Origin: Candidatus Sericytochromatia bacterium
GTDB lineage: Bacteria; Cyanobacteriota; Sericytochromatia; S15B-MN24; JAQBPE01
Assembly: GCA_035285125.1 (NCBI GenBank)
Contig: JAYKHR010000157.1
Span: 1 to 58,474, forward strand
Reading direction: 5' to 3'
Length of the DNA stretch: 58,474 nucleotides
Under the pieces are notes generated by a model. It saw only the letters and a program-made list of their open reading frames with translations. It was not told the DNA's origin and made no database searches. A program made the position numbers and the translations under genes. Below are positions 40,040 through 49,578 of the stretch, piece by piece (position 1 is the first letter of the stretch; every line of letters begins with the position of its first letter).

Positions 40040-41388
40040 AGCAGCCCCACCCGGCGAGCCAGGGTCGACGAAAGGCGGCCACGCGGGTCGAGTCGCGCCC
40101 GCAGGCGCCGGAACTCCTCGAGGCGTGGGTACATCGCTGCGATCGTGTCAGGGTGAGCGGTGGCGTCCTTCGCGAGGTACAGGCGACCGCCGTGGTGCAA
40201 CGTGATCGCGTCGAGCTGGGCGACCAGGCCGGCCGTTTCCGGGTGCCAGGGGAGGTCGAGGGCCAGCGTGAACCCGGGCGCAGGGAAGGACAGGGGCCCG
40301 GGGGTGGCTGGGCCCATCCGCTTCAACACGGCCAGGAAGGACGGCGCGCCATCCCGCGACAACCGCTCCAGCACCGCGGTCAGCCCCGCCTGGGCCTGGG
40401 CCGGGGGGAAGAGGACCTGGTACTGAATGAAGCCCCGTGGACCGTAGAGCCTGTTCCATCCCCCCAGCCGGTCGAGGGGATAGAAGTACGACTCCAGCGG
40501 AATCCGCAGCCCTGACCGGGTGGGGTGGGCCCACCAGAAGGCCTGGTTGAAGGCCGCGACGGAGAGCCGGTTCAGCAGGCCCGCGGGGGCGTCGCACGGC
40601 ACGTGCAGCGTGGGAAGGCCGCCCGGCGCTGGCGCCCTGAGGCCGGCGGCCTCGGCTGCCGGCAGGTGCTCGCCGTGCATGAGCACGGAGCGCCCCATCG
40701 CCCGGCCCCTCGCCAGGACGTCGATCCAGGCGACGGCATAGGTGTAGCGGTGATCCAGCTCCGTCATGCAGGCCAAGGCTGCGTCGAGGTCAGGCGCCCG
40801 GAGCTCGTCGACCCGCATCCAGGCCGTCTCGACGCGGCGCAGCTGGATGGCCGCCAGCAGCACCACGCCCGTGAGGCCTGCGCCCCCCAGGGTGGCCCAG
40901 TAGACCTCAGCGTTCCGGTCCGGGGCGCACTCGAGCACCTCGCCGCCCGGAGTCTGGAGGGTGAAGCCCCGCGTGCAGCCCGCGAAGCTCCCCTCCCCGT
41001 GGTGGTTCTTCCCGTGGACGTCGTGGGCGATGGCGCCACCGACCGTCACGAACCGCGTGCCGGGCGTGACGGCGAGGAACCAGCCCCGCGGCAGGAAGGT
41101 CTCGATGATGACAGCCAGGGAGACGCCGGCCTCGCAGACCAGCACCCCCGTATCCTCGTCGAAGGCCAGCATCCGGTCGAGCCGGGTGGTGACCATCACC
41201 GCCCCCTCGGCGTTCAGGGCGGCATCCCCGTAGCTGCGGCCCAGCCCCCGGCCGATCCAGGTCCCCGCGCCGGGGCTCGCCAGCAGCTGTCCGACGTCGG
41301 CCCGGCGCTCGGGTCGGTAAACCTGGCACGTGAGGCGGGGGTGGCGGCCCCAGCCCGATAGATCCTGCGTGGCGGCGAGCAGGGTCAC
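40036..41388 (-). CDS. FAD-binding oxidoreductase, DprE1-like
   Basis: LSGWGR, RGLGRSYGDAA, VTPGTRFVTVGGAIAHDVHGKNHH, FYPLD, GFIQYQ, SFLAVLK, GGRLYLAKD. Confidence 0.92.
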   Translation of the reverse strand: MTLLAATQDLSGWGRHPRLTCQVYRPERRADVGQLLASPGAGTWIGRGLGRSYGDAALNAEGAVMVTTRLDRMLAFDEDTGVLVCEAGVSLAVIIETFLPRGWFLAVTPGTRFVTVGGAIAHDVHGKNHHGEGSFAGCTRGFTLQTPGGEVLECAPDRNAEVYWATLGGAGLTGVVLLAAIQLRRVETAWMRVDELRAPDLDAALACMTELDHRYTYAVAWIDVLARGRAMGRSVLMHGEHLPAAEAAGLRAPAPGGLPTLHVPCDAPAGLLNRLSVAAFNQAFWWAHPTRSGLRIPLESYFYPLDRLGGWNRLYGPRGFIQYQVLFPPAQAQAGLTAVLERLSRDGAPSFLAVLKRMGPATPGPLSFPAPGFTLALDLPWHPETAGLVAQLDAITLHHGGRLYLAKDATAHPDTIAAMYPRLEEFRRLRARLDPRGRLSSTLARRVGLL

Positions 41389-41406
41389 GGGGCCTCCGGG
41401 GAGAGG

Positions 41407-43392
41407 TCAGTCTTGATCATCGTCAAAGGCAGGTCCTGCAGGCCCGTCGTCATCCGGGTGCCACTTGCGATCGCGGTGACGGGCCCCTTGTGACCACTGC
41501 TCGAACCAGACGCCAGGGCCCTTCGGCAGCATCCAGTCGCGGAGGCGGTCCACCTCGACGTCCATCTCGTTGGCGAGGTGAAGGCGCAGGGCCTCGCTGG
41601 CGCCCTCGTCATGCCCCGTGCTGACGTAGACGCGGGCGATCCTGCGGGACTTCGCGTACTCCGGCAGCACCTCGACCAGGTTTCCGGGCAGCGCCTTCGC
41701 GGAGAGGATCATGTCCCGGCCCTCGTAGAACTCCTCGAGTTGCTGCGAGATCAGCCGTTCCAGGCCCTCGGAGACCGTGCCCTCCTGCTGCTGCTGCTCC
41801 TCGGCATGGAAGATGAGGATCTCGATGTTGGGCCCCCGCGCCTTGAGGATGTGGCTGATCTCCGTGACGAGCACCGTGTCGGCCACGCGGGCCGCGCACA
41901 GGACGTGCACCGGCAGGCTCGGCAACGGCTCCACGTTGCGGTACCTGCCCAGGCCGAGCCTCAGGTCCGGCAGCTGAACCATGCGGTGTTCCAGGCGGTT
42001 CAGGCGGTAGAAGGCCATCACCAGCAGCACCGCGAGGAACAGCTGAAGCCCCAGCGCCCTCGCCTCGTGGGCCGTCAGCAGGAGGATGGCGGCGGCCACC
42101 GTCAGCAGCGCCATGCCTGCCACGGGCGCGATCGGGACGGCCCGTCCGCCGCTGAGCCGGACGGTCCAGGCGCTCACCTCGGGGGCCCGGGCCACCTTGG
42201 CGGGCTGGTAGAGGCGCAGCAGGATGACGCCCAGGCAGTAGGAGATCATGACGCTCAGGAAGGCCATGCCATAGACCTCGCCGAGGCGGTCCACCGAGCC
42301 CGGGAAGGCGGCCAGCATGAGCAGGCAAAGGGCCATGAAGGGCAACACGACGTAGGGAAAGCCGCGCAGCGCCGGGTGCAGGGAGCCCCATTGCCGCAGC
42401 ACCAGCCCCGGCAGGTTGCCCTGCTTGCCCATCGTCGTCATCAGCCCCGTCGCCCCGGCAAAGGCCGTGTTGACGGCCGCAAACAGGGTCAGACAGGCGT
42501 TGGCGACGAGCAGGTAGAGGAACCACGTCCCGCCTTCCCGGAAGGCCAACCCCGAGAGGAACGCGTCATGGAAGGTGTGCAGGTCGGCATCGGAGAGCAG
42601 CACGATGCAGAGCATCGATGACAGCGGGCTGGTGGCAGCCACGGCCAAGACGATCAGGGTGTAAATCTTGCGGATTGCCACCCAGTTGGGGTGCTCGATC
42701 TCCTCGATGATCTGCGCGGCCGACTCGAAGCCCGTGATGCCCAGGAAGGCCGCCGCGAAGGCCACCGCCACCGCCATCGGCGTAAGCGTGCCCAGCCCCG
42801 TCCACAGGCGAGACCAGTGCGCCCCCTCCGTGAAGGCCAGCCAGAGGCCCCAGACGTCCATCAGGAGGAGCATGCCGAAGTGGAAGACGGCGATGCCGAA
42901 GACGATGCGGGTGGATTCCTTCAGCCCCACCAGGTTGAGGGCCGCGAAGAACAGCACCGGGATGGCTGCCACCGCGACGACGCCCCAGGGGCTTTGGGCG
43001 ATGAAGGCGAAGGCCGGCACCTTGCTGAGGTACAGGGCGCCGGACAGGGCGCTCACGACGGCCGTCGCCAGGTAGGACAGGATGGTCAGCGAGCCGACCA
43101 CCAGGGCCTGCGGCCGGCCGAGGGTCTGCATGACCATCGAGTAGGCGCCCCCGTTCAACGGGTTGACGGCGCAGCCCTCCTGGTAGGTGCCCTTGAAGAG
43201 GAACAGCGCGGCACAGACAAGCAAGATGAAGAATGGCGCAAGGCCGCCGACGTAGGGATAGAGCACGCCCGTGCTGTAAAAGACGGACGTGCCGATGTCG
43301 GCCCCGACCAGCCCCGCGCCGAGGTACCACGCGATCTTCTGGTGTGACTTCGCGGCCACCTCGGGCGCCGCGAGCGGGGCGACTGCCTCCAT
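41407..43392 (-). CDS. APC-superfamily transporter with cytoplasmic C-terminal domain, probable K+ transporter
   Basis: About 12 TM; GADIGTSVFY, NGGAY, ITGFESAA; starts 2 nt after trkA; start moved to ATG 43392. Confidence 0.75.
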   Translation of the reverse strand: MEAVAPLAAPEVAAKSHQKIAWYLGAGLVGADIGTSVFYSTGVLYPYVGGLAPFFILLVCAALFLFKGTYQEGCAVNPLNGGAYSMVMQTLGRPQALVVGSLTILSYLATAVVSALSGALYLSKVPAFAFIAQSPWGVVAVAAIPVLFFAALNLVGLKESTRIVFGIAVFHFGMLLLMDVWGLWLAFTEGAHWSRLWTGLGTLTPMAVAVAFAAAFLGITGFESAAQIIEEIEHPNWVAIRKIYTLIVLAVAATSPLSSMLCIVLLSDADLHTFHDAFLSGLAFREGGTWFLYLLVANACLTLFAAVNTAFAGATGLMTTMGKQGNLPGLVLRQWGSLHPALRGFPYVVLPFMALCLLMLAAFPGSVDRLGEVYGMAFLSVMISYCLGVILLRLYQPAKVARAPEVSAWTVRLSGGRAVPIAPVAGMALLTVAAAILLLTAHEARALGLQLFLAVLLVMAFYRLNRLEHRMVQLPDLRLGLGRYRNVEPLPSLPVHVLCAARVADTVLVTEISHILKARGPNIEILIFHAEEQQQQEGTVSEGLERLISQQLEEFYEGRDMILSAKALPGNLVEVLPEYAKSRRIARVYVSTGHDEGASEALRLHLANEMDVEVDRLRDWMLPKGPGVWFEQWSQGARHRDRKWHPDDDGPAGPAFDDDQD

Positions 43393-43394
43393 CC

Positions 43395-44054
43395 TCACCC
43401 CCCGGCGAGCATCGCGCGCAGCTGAGGCTCGTGGTCCTTCAGCGTCACGGCGAAGACCTGGTCGCCCGCGGCCAGCACGGTGTTGCCATCCGGCACCATG
43501 GCCTCGCCAGCCCGCCACAGGGCCGCGATCAGGGAGTTAGGAGGCAGATCGAGCTTGCGCAGCGCCAGCCCCACCACGGGGGAGTGAGCCGGCAGCGTGA
43601 GCTCGATGGCAGACATGCTCGCATGCCACGTGAACAGCTTGACGACGTCGTGCGGCACGATCTCGTACTCGATGGCGTTGGAAACCATCGACGTGACGCT
43701 GATGACGGTGTCCACGCCCGCCAACCGGAAGAGATCGTCGTTTCTCGGGTCATTGACGCGGGCGAGGGTGCGCTTCACGTGGAAGAACTCCTTGCCCATC
43801 TTGCAAATCTTGTAGTTATCCTGGTCTCGGCCCGCCACGGCCACCAGCACGTCGGCCTGCTCGATGCCGGCCCGGATCAGCAGCTCGCCGTTGGTGGCGT
43901 CGCCCGCGATGACGCGCACCTCCTCGAAGTCCCGGTAGACCGACTCGCACACACGACGGTCCCGCTCGACGAGGGCCACCTCGTGGCCGCTCGCCAGCAG
44001 CGACCGCACCAGGTGCAGCCCGATCTTGCCGCCGCCGCAGATGACGATGAACAT
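43395..44054 (-). CDS. trkA: TrkA/Ktr RCK regulatory protein (RCK_N plus RCK_C)
   Basis: IVICGGGKIG, IAGDAT..LIRAGIEQAD, DQDN, ARVNDP, SPVVG..GNTVLAAGD. Confidence 0.9.
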   Translation of the reverse strand: MFIVICGGGKIGLHLVRSLLASGHEVALVERDRRVCESVYRDFEEVRVIAGDATNGELLIRAGIEQADVLVAVAGRDQDNYKICKMGKEFFHVKRTLARVNDPRNDDLFRLAGVDTVISVTSMVSNAIEYEIVPHDVVKLFTWHASMSAIELTLPAHSPVVGLALRKLDLPPNSLIAALWRAGEAMVPDGNTVLAAGDQVFAVTLKDHEPQLRAMLAGG

Positions 44055-44461
44055 CAGGCCTCCGCCGGCGAGAGCGCCTGCGCAAGGGCCACCGCCGTGT
44101 CGCCCACGGGGCTCACGACCTCGAAGCCCTGCGAGCGGTACAGCGCAGCCATCCGCGGCTCGTCGATGCGGACGATGATGCGCGGCACGTTGAAGATCTT
44201 GCGCGCCACGTCGGCCACCATCATGTTGGTGCTCTCGTCCCGCGCCAGGGCAGCCACGGCGCATGCGCGTTCGATCTCGGCGCGTTTCAGGACGTCGTTG
44301 TCGATCTCCATGCCCTCGCACTTCATTCCCTTGTAGTGCTTGGGCAGGTTCATCTCGAAGTTGCGGCGGTCATGGTCGAGGACGATGACCTCTTGGCCAG
44401 CCGACGCCAGGCGGGTGGCGAGGGAGCCGCCGAGGCGGCCGCATCCGACGATAAGGATCAT
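44054..44461 (-). CDS. TrkA-family protein, RCK_N domain only (135 aa)
   Basis: LIVGCGRLG, LKRAEIERA, DESTN, IFNVPRIIVRI. Confidence 0.88.
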   Translation of the reverse strand: MILIVGCGRLGGSLATRLASAGQEVIVLDHDRRNFEMNLPKHYKGMKCEGMEIDNDVLKRAEIERACAVAALARDESTNMMVADVARKIFNVPRIIVRIDEPRMAALYRSQGFEVVSPVGDTAVALAQALSPAEA

Positions 44462-44576
44462 GACGCGCTGATTGACCTGAAGGAGGAGGGACGGTGCGGA
44501 TGCAGGCTGCGTAAACCTGGACAGGCTCGCGGCCCGAACAGTTTACGCCCTCGCAGGGGGCTGAGCAAGCAGGCGA

Positions 44577-45803
44577 TCATCCGCCCAGGAGGCTGGCCAT
44601 CGCGGCCGACATGCACGAGGCCAGCGCCCCCGCCAGCATCGCCCGAGGCCCCAACCGGGCCAGGTCGCCACGCCGTTCAGGCGCCATCGCCCCGATGCCA
44701 CCGACGTTCTGGGCGATCGAGCTCAGGTTGGCGAAGCCGCACAGGGCAAAGGTGGCAACGGTCGCAGCCTGCGGCGAGATCGTTTTGGCTGCGATCATGT
44801 CCTTGAGGGAGGCGTAGCTGAGGAACTCGTTGAGCACCAGCTTGGTGCCGATCAGGTTCGCCACGGCCGCAGCGTCCGCCGCGGGCACCCCGATGACGAG
44901 GGCGAGGGGGTAAAACGCCACGCCCAAGATCTTCTCCAGGGAGAGGCCAGGCTGCCCCACCAGCCAGCCGAGCCAGCCGAGCGTGCCGTTGAGCAGGGCC
45001 ACCAGCGAGACGAAGGCGAGCAGCATCGCGGCGACGGTGAATGCGAGGTGCATGCCGTCGGAGGCGCCCTTCGCCGCCGCCTCGATCACGGAGGACTCCT
45101 GCACCTGCACCACCAGCGAGGCTTCCTCAGCCTCCCCGCGCGTTTCGGTCTCAGGCACGATGAGCTTGGCCATCGCCAGCCCGCCCGGTGCCCCCATCAG
45201 CGAGGCGGCGAGCAAGGCCGGCGCCCAGTCTCCCCCCAGCATGCCAATGTAGGCGGCCATCACGCCTCCGGCGATCGTCGCCATCCCGCCCGTCATCAGG
45301 GCCATCAGCTCCGAGTGCGTCATGGTGGCGATGTAGGGCCGCACCAGCAGGGGCCCCTCGACCTGTCCCACGAAGACGCATGCGGCGGCCGAGAGCGTCT
45401 CGGGCCCTGAGGTGCCCATCGCCTTGCGCATCACGAAGGCCAGCACAGCCACGACCCGCTGGACGATGCCCAGGTAGTAGAGCACCGAGATCACCGAGGC
45501 CATGAAGATGATGGTGGGAAGCACCTGGAACGCGAAGATGAAGCCGTATGTGTCGGCCTTCATCAGGTTGCCGAACACGAACCCGGCCCCCTGCTTGGAG
45601 TAGTCCAGCAGGGTCGTGACGCCAGCGCCCGCCCGTTGAAACAGCCACTGGCCGGGCGCGAACTTCAAGATGAACAGGGCCAGCGCGAACTGCAGCCCGA
45701 GGCCTGCCAGCACCGGCTTCCAGCGAACCTGGTTGCGGTGCGTGGAGAGGGCCCAGCCGAGGGCGAGGATGACGCAGATGCCGACGAGGCTGATCCAGTT
45801 CAA
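44577..45803 (-). CDS. nupC: CNT/NupC nucleoside transporter (copy 2)
   Basis: FAFQVLPTIIF, FVGQVEGPL, GGMATIAG, KLVLNEF, ALCGFANLSSI. Confidence 0.93.
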   Translation of the reverse strand: MNWISLVGICVILALGWALSTHRNQVRWKPVLAGLGLQFALALFILKFAPGQWLFQRAGAGVTTLLDYSKQGAGFVFGNLMKADTYGFIFAFQVLPTIIFMASVISVLYYLGIVQRVVAVLAFVMRKAMGTSGPETLSAAACVFVGQVEGPLLVRPYIATMTHSELMALMTGGMATIAGGVMAAYIGMLGGDWAPALLAASLMGAPGGLAMAKLIVPETETRGEAEEASLVVQVQESSVIEAAAKGASDGMHLAFTVAAMLLAFVSLVALLNGTLGWLGWLVGQPGLSLEKILGVAFYPLALVIGVPAADAAAVANLIGTKLVLNEFLSYASLKDMIAAKTISPQAATVATFALCGFANLSSIAQNVGGIGAMAPERRGDLARLGPRAMLAGALASCMSAAMASLLGG

Positions 45804-45812
45804 GTCCGCCTC

Positions 45813-47045
45813 CTAGCTCAGGATGCCGGCGATGGTCGCCGTCATACACGAGGCGAGGGCGCCGCCCACCATGGCCCGGAGGCCCAGCTGGGCCAGTTCC
45901 CCGCGCCGCTCCGGGGCGAGTCCCCCGATGCAGCCGATGTTGATGGCAACGGATGCGAAGTTGGCGAAGCCACACAGCGCGTAGGTCGCGATGGTCACCG
46001 CCTTCTTCGAGAGCTCCACGCCCCCCGGCTTCAGGATCTCGGACAGGTTCCCGTAGGCGACAAACTCGTTGAGCACGATCTTCTGGCCCAGCAGGGAGCC
46101 GACGATCTGGGCGTCTGCCCACGGTGTGCCCATCGCGAGCGTCAGCGGCATGAAGACGTAGCCGAGCAACAGCTCCAGCGAGAGCTCGGGGTGGCCGGCC
46201 AGGCCCCCCAGCCAGCTGAAGCTCGCGTTGACGAGGGCCAGCAAGGAGATGAACGCGATGAGCATCGCGCCGACGATGAGGGCCACGTGAAGGCCGTCAC
46301 TCGCCCCCTTGGCGGCGGCCTCGATGATGGAGCTCTCGGTGCGCGGCATCTCGAGCTTCACCGCCCCGCTGGTCTGCGGAGTCTCGGTCTCGGGGCACAG
46401 CAGCTTGGCCATCACCAGGCCCGCCGGGGCCCCCATGATCGAGGCCGCGAGCAGGTGGGGGGCCCACTCGGGCCCAAGCATCCCGATGTAGGCAGCCATG
46501 ATGGAGCCCGCGATGGTGGCCATGCCGCCCGTCATGATCGCGTTGAGCTCCGAGCGGGTCATGGTCGCCAGGTAGGGCCGGATGAGCAGCGGCGCTTCGG
46601 ACTGGCCGACGAAGACGGTGCCGGCGGCGGAGAGGCTCTCGGCCCCGGAGGTCTTCATCGTCTTGACCATGATCTTGGCTATGAAGCTCACCACGGCCTG
46701 CATCAGGCCGATGTGGTAGGCGATGCCCATCAGGGCGCCCACGAAGATGATCGCAGGCAACACCTTGAAGGCGAAGATCCAGCCGATTTCAGGCTTGGTG
46801 ACGAGCGCGCCGAAGACGAACTCGGCGCCCTTGTTGGCGAAGTCGAGGAGCTTCGCGACGCCGTCCCCGAGGGACCGGAAGAACTGCCGCCCGACGTTGG
46901 TCCACAAGATGAAGAAGGCCAGGACGAGTTGCAGGCCCAGCCCCCACGCCACCTGCGACCACCGGATGGCCCGGCGGTCCGTCGAGAAGGCCACGGCGAG
47001 GCCGATGATGACGGCGATGCCGATGAGGCCGATGAACTTGTCCAT
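45813..47045 (-). CDS. nupC: CNT/NupC nucleoside transporter (copy 1)
   Basis: FAFKVLPAIIF, FVGQSEAPL, GGMATIAG, KIVLNEF, ALCGFANFASV. Confidence 0.93.
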   Translation of the reverse strand: MDKFIGLIGIAVIIGLAVAFSTDRRAIRWSQVAWGLGLQLVLAFFILWTNVGRQFFRSLGDGVAKLLDFANKGAEFVFGALVTKPEIGWIFAFKVLPAIIFVGALMGIAYHIGLMQAVVSFIAKIMVKTMKTSGAESLSAAGTVFVGQSEAPLLIRPYLATMTRSELNAIMTGGMATIAGSIMAAYIGMLGPEWAPHLLAASIMGAPAGLVMAKLLCPETETPQTSGAVKLEMPRTESSIIEAAAKGASDGLHVALIVGAMLIAFISLLALVNASFSWLGGLAGHPELSLELLLGYVFMPLTLAMGTPWADAQIVGSLLGQKIVLNEFVAYGNLSEILKPGGVELSKKAVTIATYALCGFANFASVAINIGCIGGLAPERRGELAQLGLRAMVGGALASCMTATIAGILS

Positions 47046-47151
47046 GGGGGAAGGCTCCTCCGGGCGGGTCAGCCGACGCGTCGACGGCCGAGGGTCCCTG
47101 GGCTTTTACCCGCCGCGCGCCTCAAGCACGCGGCAGCATCAGGGCGCAGCT

Positions 47152-47823
47152 TCAGGAGTCGGCCGAGGTCGGCAGGCCAGCCGCGGCCCCCCGCCGCTCG
47201 AGCTGGCGGTGACGCCACGCCTCGAACACCATCGGCAGGAAAGACAAGCCGATCACGGCCAGGATGACGAGCTTGAAATTCTTCTGGACCACGGGCAGGG
47301 CGCCGAAGTAGTAGCCGCCAAAGATGAAGGTGCTCATCCAGAGGAAGCCGCCCAGCACGCTGTAGGACAGGAACTTCGGGTAGTGCATCTGGCCGATGCC
47401 CGCCACGAACGGCGCGAAGGTCCTGACGATGGGCATGAAGCGGCCGATCACGAGGGTCTTGGCCCCGTACATCGCGTAGTACTCGCGGGTCCTGTCGAGG
47501 TGCTTCCGCCGGAAGAACCGGGAGTCCTCGTACTGGAACACCCGGGGTCCGAGGTGCCGGCCCACGGCGTAGTTCAGGTTGTCGCCCGCCACCGCCGCGA
47601 ACCAGAGCAGCAGCCACATGGGCCCCAGGGGCAGCTTGCCGTCCCCGGCCAAGGCGCCGGCCGCAAAGAGCAGCGAGTCGCCGGGCAGGAAGGGGGTCAC
47701 CACCAGGCCCGTCTCGCAGAAGATGATGCCGAACAGGATGCCGAGCGTGGCCGCGCCGTACTGGCCCACCAGCTCGAGCAGGTGCTTGTCAACGTGCAGG
47801 ATGAAGTCGATCGGGTTCGTCAC
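47152..47823 (-). CDS. dedA: DedA family membrane protein
   Basis: IFCETGLVVTPFLPGDSLLFAAG, GDNLNY, RFMPIVRTFAPFVAG. Confidence 0.95.
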   Translation of the reverse strand: MTNPIDFILHVDKHLLELVGQYGAATLGILFGIIFCETGLVVTPFLPGDSLLFAAGALAGDGKLPLGPMWLLLWFAAVAGDNLNYAVGRHLGPRVFQYEDSRFFRRKHLDRTREYYAMYGAKTLVIGRFMPIVRTFAPFVAGIGQMHYPKFLSYSVLGGFLWMSTFIFGGYYFGALPVVQKNFKLVILAVIGLSFLPMVFEAWRHRQLERRGAAAGLPTSADS

Positions 47824-47830
47824 AGGGTCC

Positions 47831-48835
47831 TCAGGGCTTCGCGCCATCCAGCGGTAGCGGGCCCTGGGGCACCGCGTCAGCGGGCATGAACGGGTGGACG
47901 TAGACGCGCAGGCCAGCCTTCAGCAGCACGTCGTTCGCCAGGCTGCGGACGTCGCGCTCGGAGACCTTGTCCGCCTTCTCGAGCAGCCTCGGCACCCGCG
48001 CCATGGCCTGGTCGGCGTGGGTGGCGAGCCGCCGGACCTGGCCTGGCTCGACGGCCGACGTCAGGTCCTCCACGCGGCCCGCGATGCGCTGTGCCTTGCG
48101 CGCCAGCCCCGGGGCCTCCGCGCTCACGACGGCGGCGACCCGGTCGGCGTTGGCGATGGTGCGTTCCAGCGCCGGGCGCTGGGTCTCGAAGGTCTTCGCG
48201 AGCGCAGCCGCCCCCGCTGCGGTCTGGTCGATGTGGCCGCGGTTCTTGGCCAAGATGTCGCGCACCTCCTGCGAGACGTCCCCGGCATTGCGCACGATGC
48301 GCGCGAGACCGTCGGGCTCCCGCTCGAGCGTCGTCGCAAGGCCGTGGACGATGGTGGCCACATCGCGCGGGTTGACCTCCTTGAGCATCGGCCCCAACGT
48401 CGCGAGGAGTTCATCGACCTCGACGGTCGCGCGGGTGTCGCCAATGGTGCCACCGTCCGCAAGCAAGGGCGCTTCCTTGCTCTGGGGCACCAGCTCGAGG
48501 TACTTCTCGCCCAGGAGGCTCTTGGCGCGGATGGCGGCCTTCACGTCCTGGCGGATGCCGGCGTCGCGGCGCAGGAAGATCGTCACGACCGCCCGGTCGT
48601 GCTCAACGGCCAGGTTCGCGACGTGCCCCACGGCCACGCCCGCCACCGTCACGGAGGCGTCCTGCACCAGGCCCGTGGCGTTGGCGAACCGGGCCTGGAC
48701 GTGCAACCCCCGCTGGAAGTTGAAGCCCCCCACGGCGATCGACATCCACGCGAGGAGGCCCCCCGCGAGCAGGATGAAGGCGCCCAGCATGACCTCGTTG
48801 TTGTGCTTGCTCATGGACATCGCTTTCTGCGTCAC
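47831..48835 (-). CDS. MlaD/MCE family protein
   Basis: N-terminal TM, ARFANATGL..V..AGVAVGHV, SLLGEKYLELVP, long helical tail. Confidence 0.92.
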   Translation of the reverse strand: MTQKAMSMSKHNNEVMLGAFILLAGGLLAWMSIAVGGFNFQRGLHVQARFANATGLVQDASVTVAGVAVGHVANLAVEHDRAVVTIFLRRDAGIRQDVKAAIRAKSLLGEKYLELVPQSKEAPLLADGGTIGDTRATVEVDELLATLGPMLKEVNPRDVATIVHGLATTLEREPDGLARIVRNAGDVSQEVRDILAKNRGHIDQTAAGAAALAKTFETQRPALERTIANADRVAAVVSAEAPGLARKAQRIAGRVEDLTSAVEPGQVRRLATHADQAMARVPRLLEKADKVSERDVRSLANDVLLKAGLRVYVHPFMPADAVPQGPLPLDGAKP

Positions 48836-49578
48836 ACCACCTGGATGGGGCCGTCCGCGCTGCGGCTGAAGAACTGCCGGATGATGGGGTTGTCGGAGGC
48901 ACGAACCGCTGCGGCATCCCCCGCGGCGATCAGCTTGCTCTTGTAAAGCATGGCGATGCGGTCCGCAATCTGGAAGGTGCCCTCCAGGTCGTGGGAGATC
49001 ACCACGAAGGTCAGGCCGAGCTCTTGCTGCATCCGCAAGATGAGCTTGTCGATGGCATCGCTCATGACCGGGTCGAGCCCTGAGTTGGGCTCGTCGAACA
49101 GCACGATCTCAGGCTCCAGCACCAGGGCGCGGGCGATGCCGACGCGCTTGCGCATGCCCCCCGAAAGCTCTCCGGGGTACTTGTGCTCAACGTTGGGCAG
49201 GCCGACCTGCGCCAGCTTGGAGCGAACGATGGCGGCGATCTCGCGCTCGGTCTTCGTCGTGTGCTGGCGCAGTGGAAAGGCGATGTTGTCGGCGACATTC
49301 ATTGAATCGAAGAGCGCGCCGTCCTGGAACAACATGCCGAAGCGCTTGCGCACCTCGTACAGGTCGCGCTCGCGCAGGCGCGTGATCTCCCGGTCTCCCA
49401 CCCAGATCTCCCCGGCTTCCGGCTTCAGCAGCCCGACGAGCAGCTTGATGAAGACGCTCTTGCCCGTCCCGGACGGGCCGATGATGACCGTCGTCTGGCC
49501 CTTGGGGATCTCCAGCGTCACGTCGTCGAGGACGGTCTGGGCGCCGAAGCGCTTGGTCACGTGGCGAAAGGCGATCAT
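48832..49578 (-). CDS. mlaF: MlaF/Mkl ABC transporter ATPase
   Basis: GPSGTGKS, FQDGALFDS, LSGGMRKRV, FDEPNSGLDP. Confidence 0.93.
   Translation of the reverse strand: MIAFRHVTKRFGAQTVLDDVTLEIPKGQTTVIIGPSGTGKSVFIKLLVGLLKPEAGEIWVGDREITRLRERDLYEVRKRFGMLFQDGALFDSMNVADNIAFPLRQHTTKTEREIAAIVRSKLAQVGLPNVEHKYPGELSGGMRKRVGIARALVLEPEIVLFDEPNSGLDPVMSDAIDKLILRMQQELGLTFVVISHDLEGTFQIADRIAMLYKSKLIAAGDAAAVRASDNPIIRQFFSRSADGPIQVV

Noticed and set aside
44462..44576. c-di-AMP (ydaO) riboswitch before the K+ operon
   Set aside because: An inverted repeat GCGTAAAC/GTTTACGC is present, but I could not find the ydaO consensus elements and the leader is short.
47046..47151. Purine riboswitch before nupC
   Set aside because: No purine aptamer consensus is visible.
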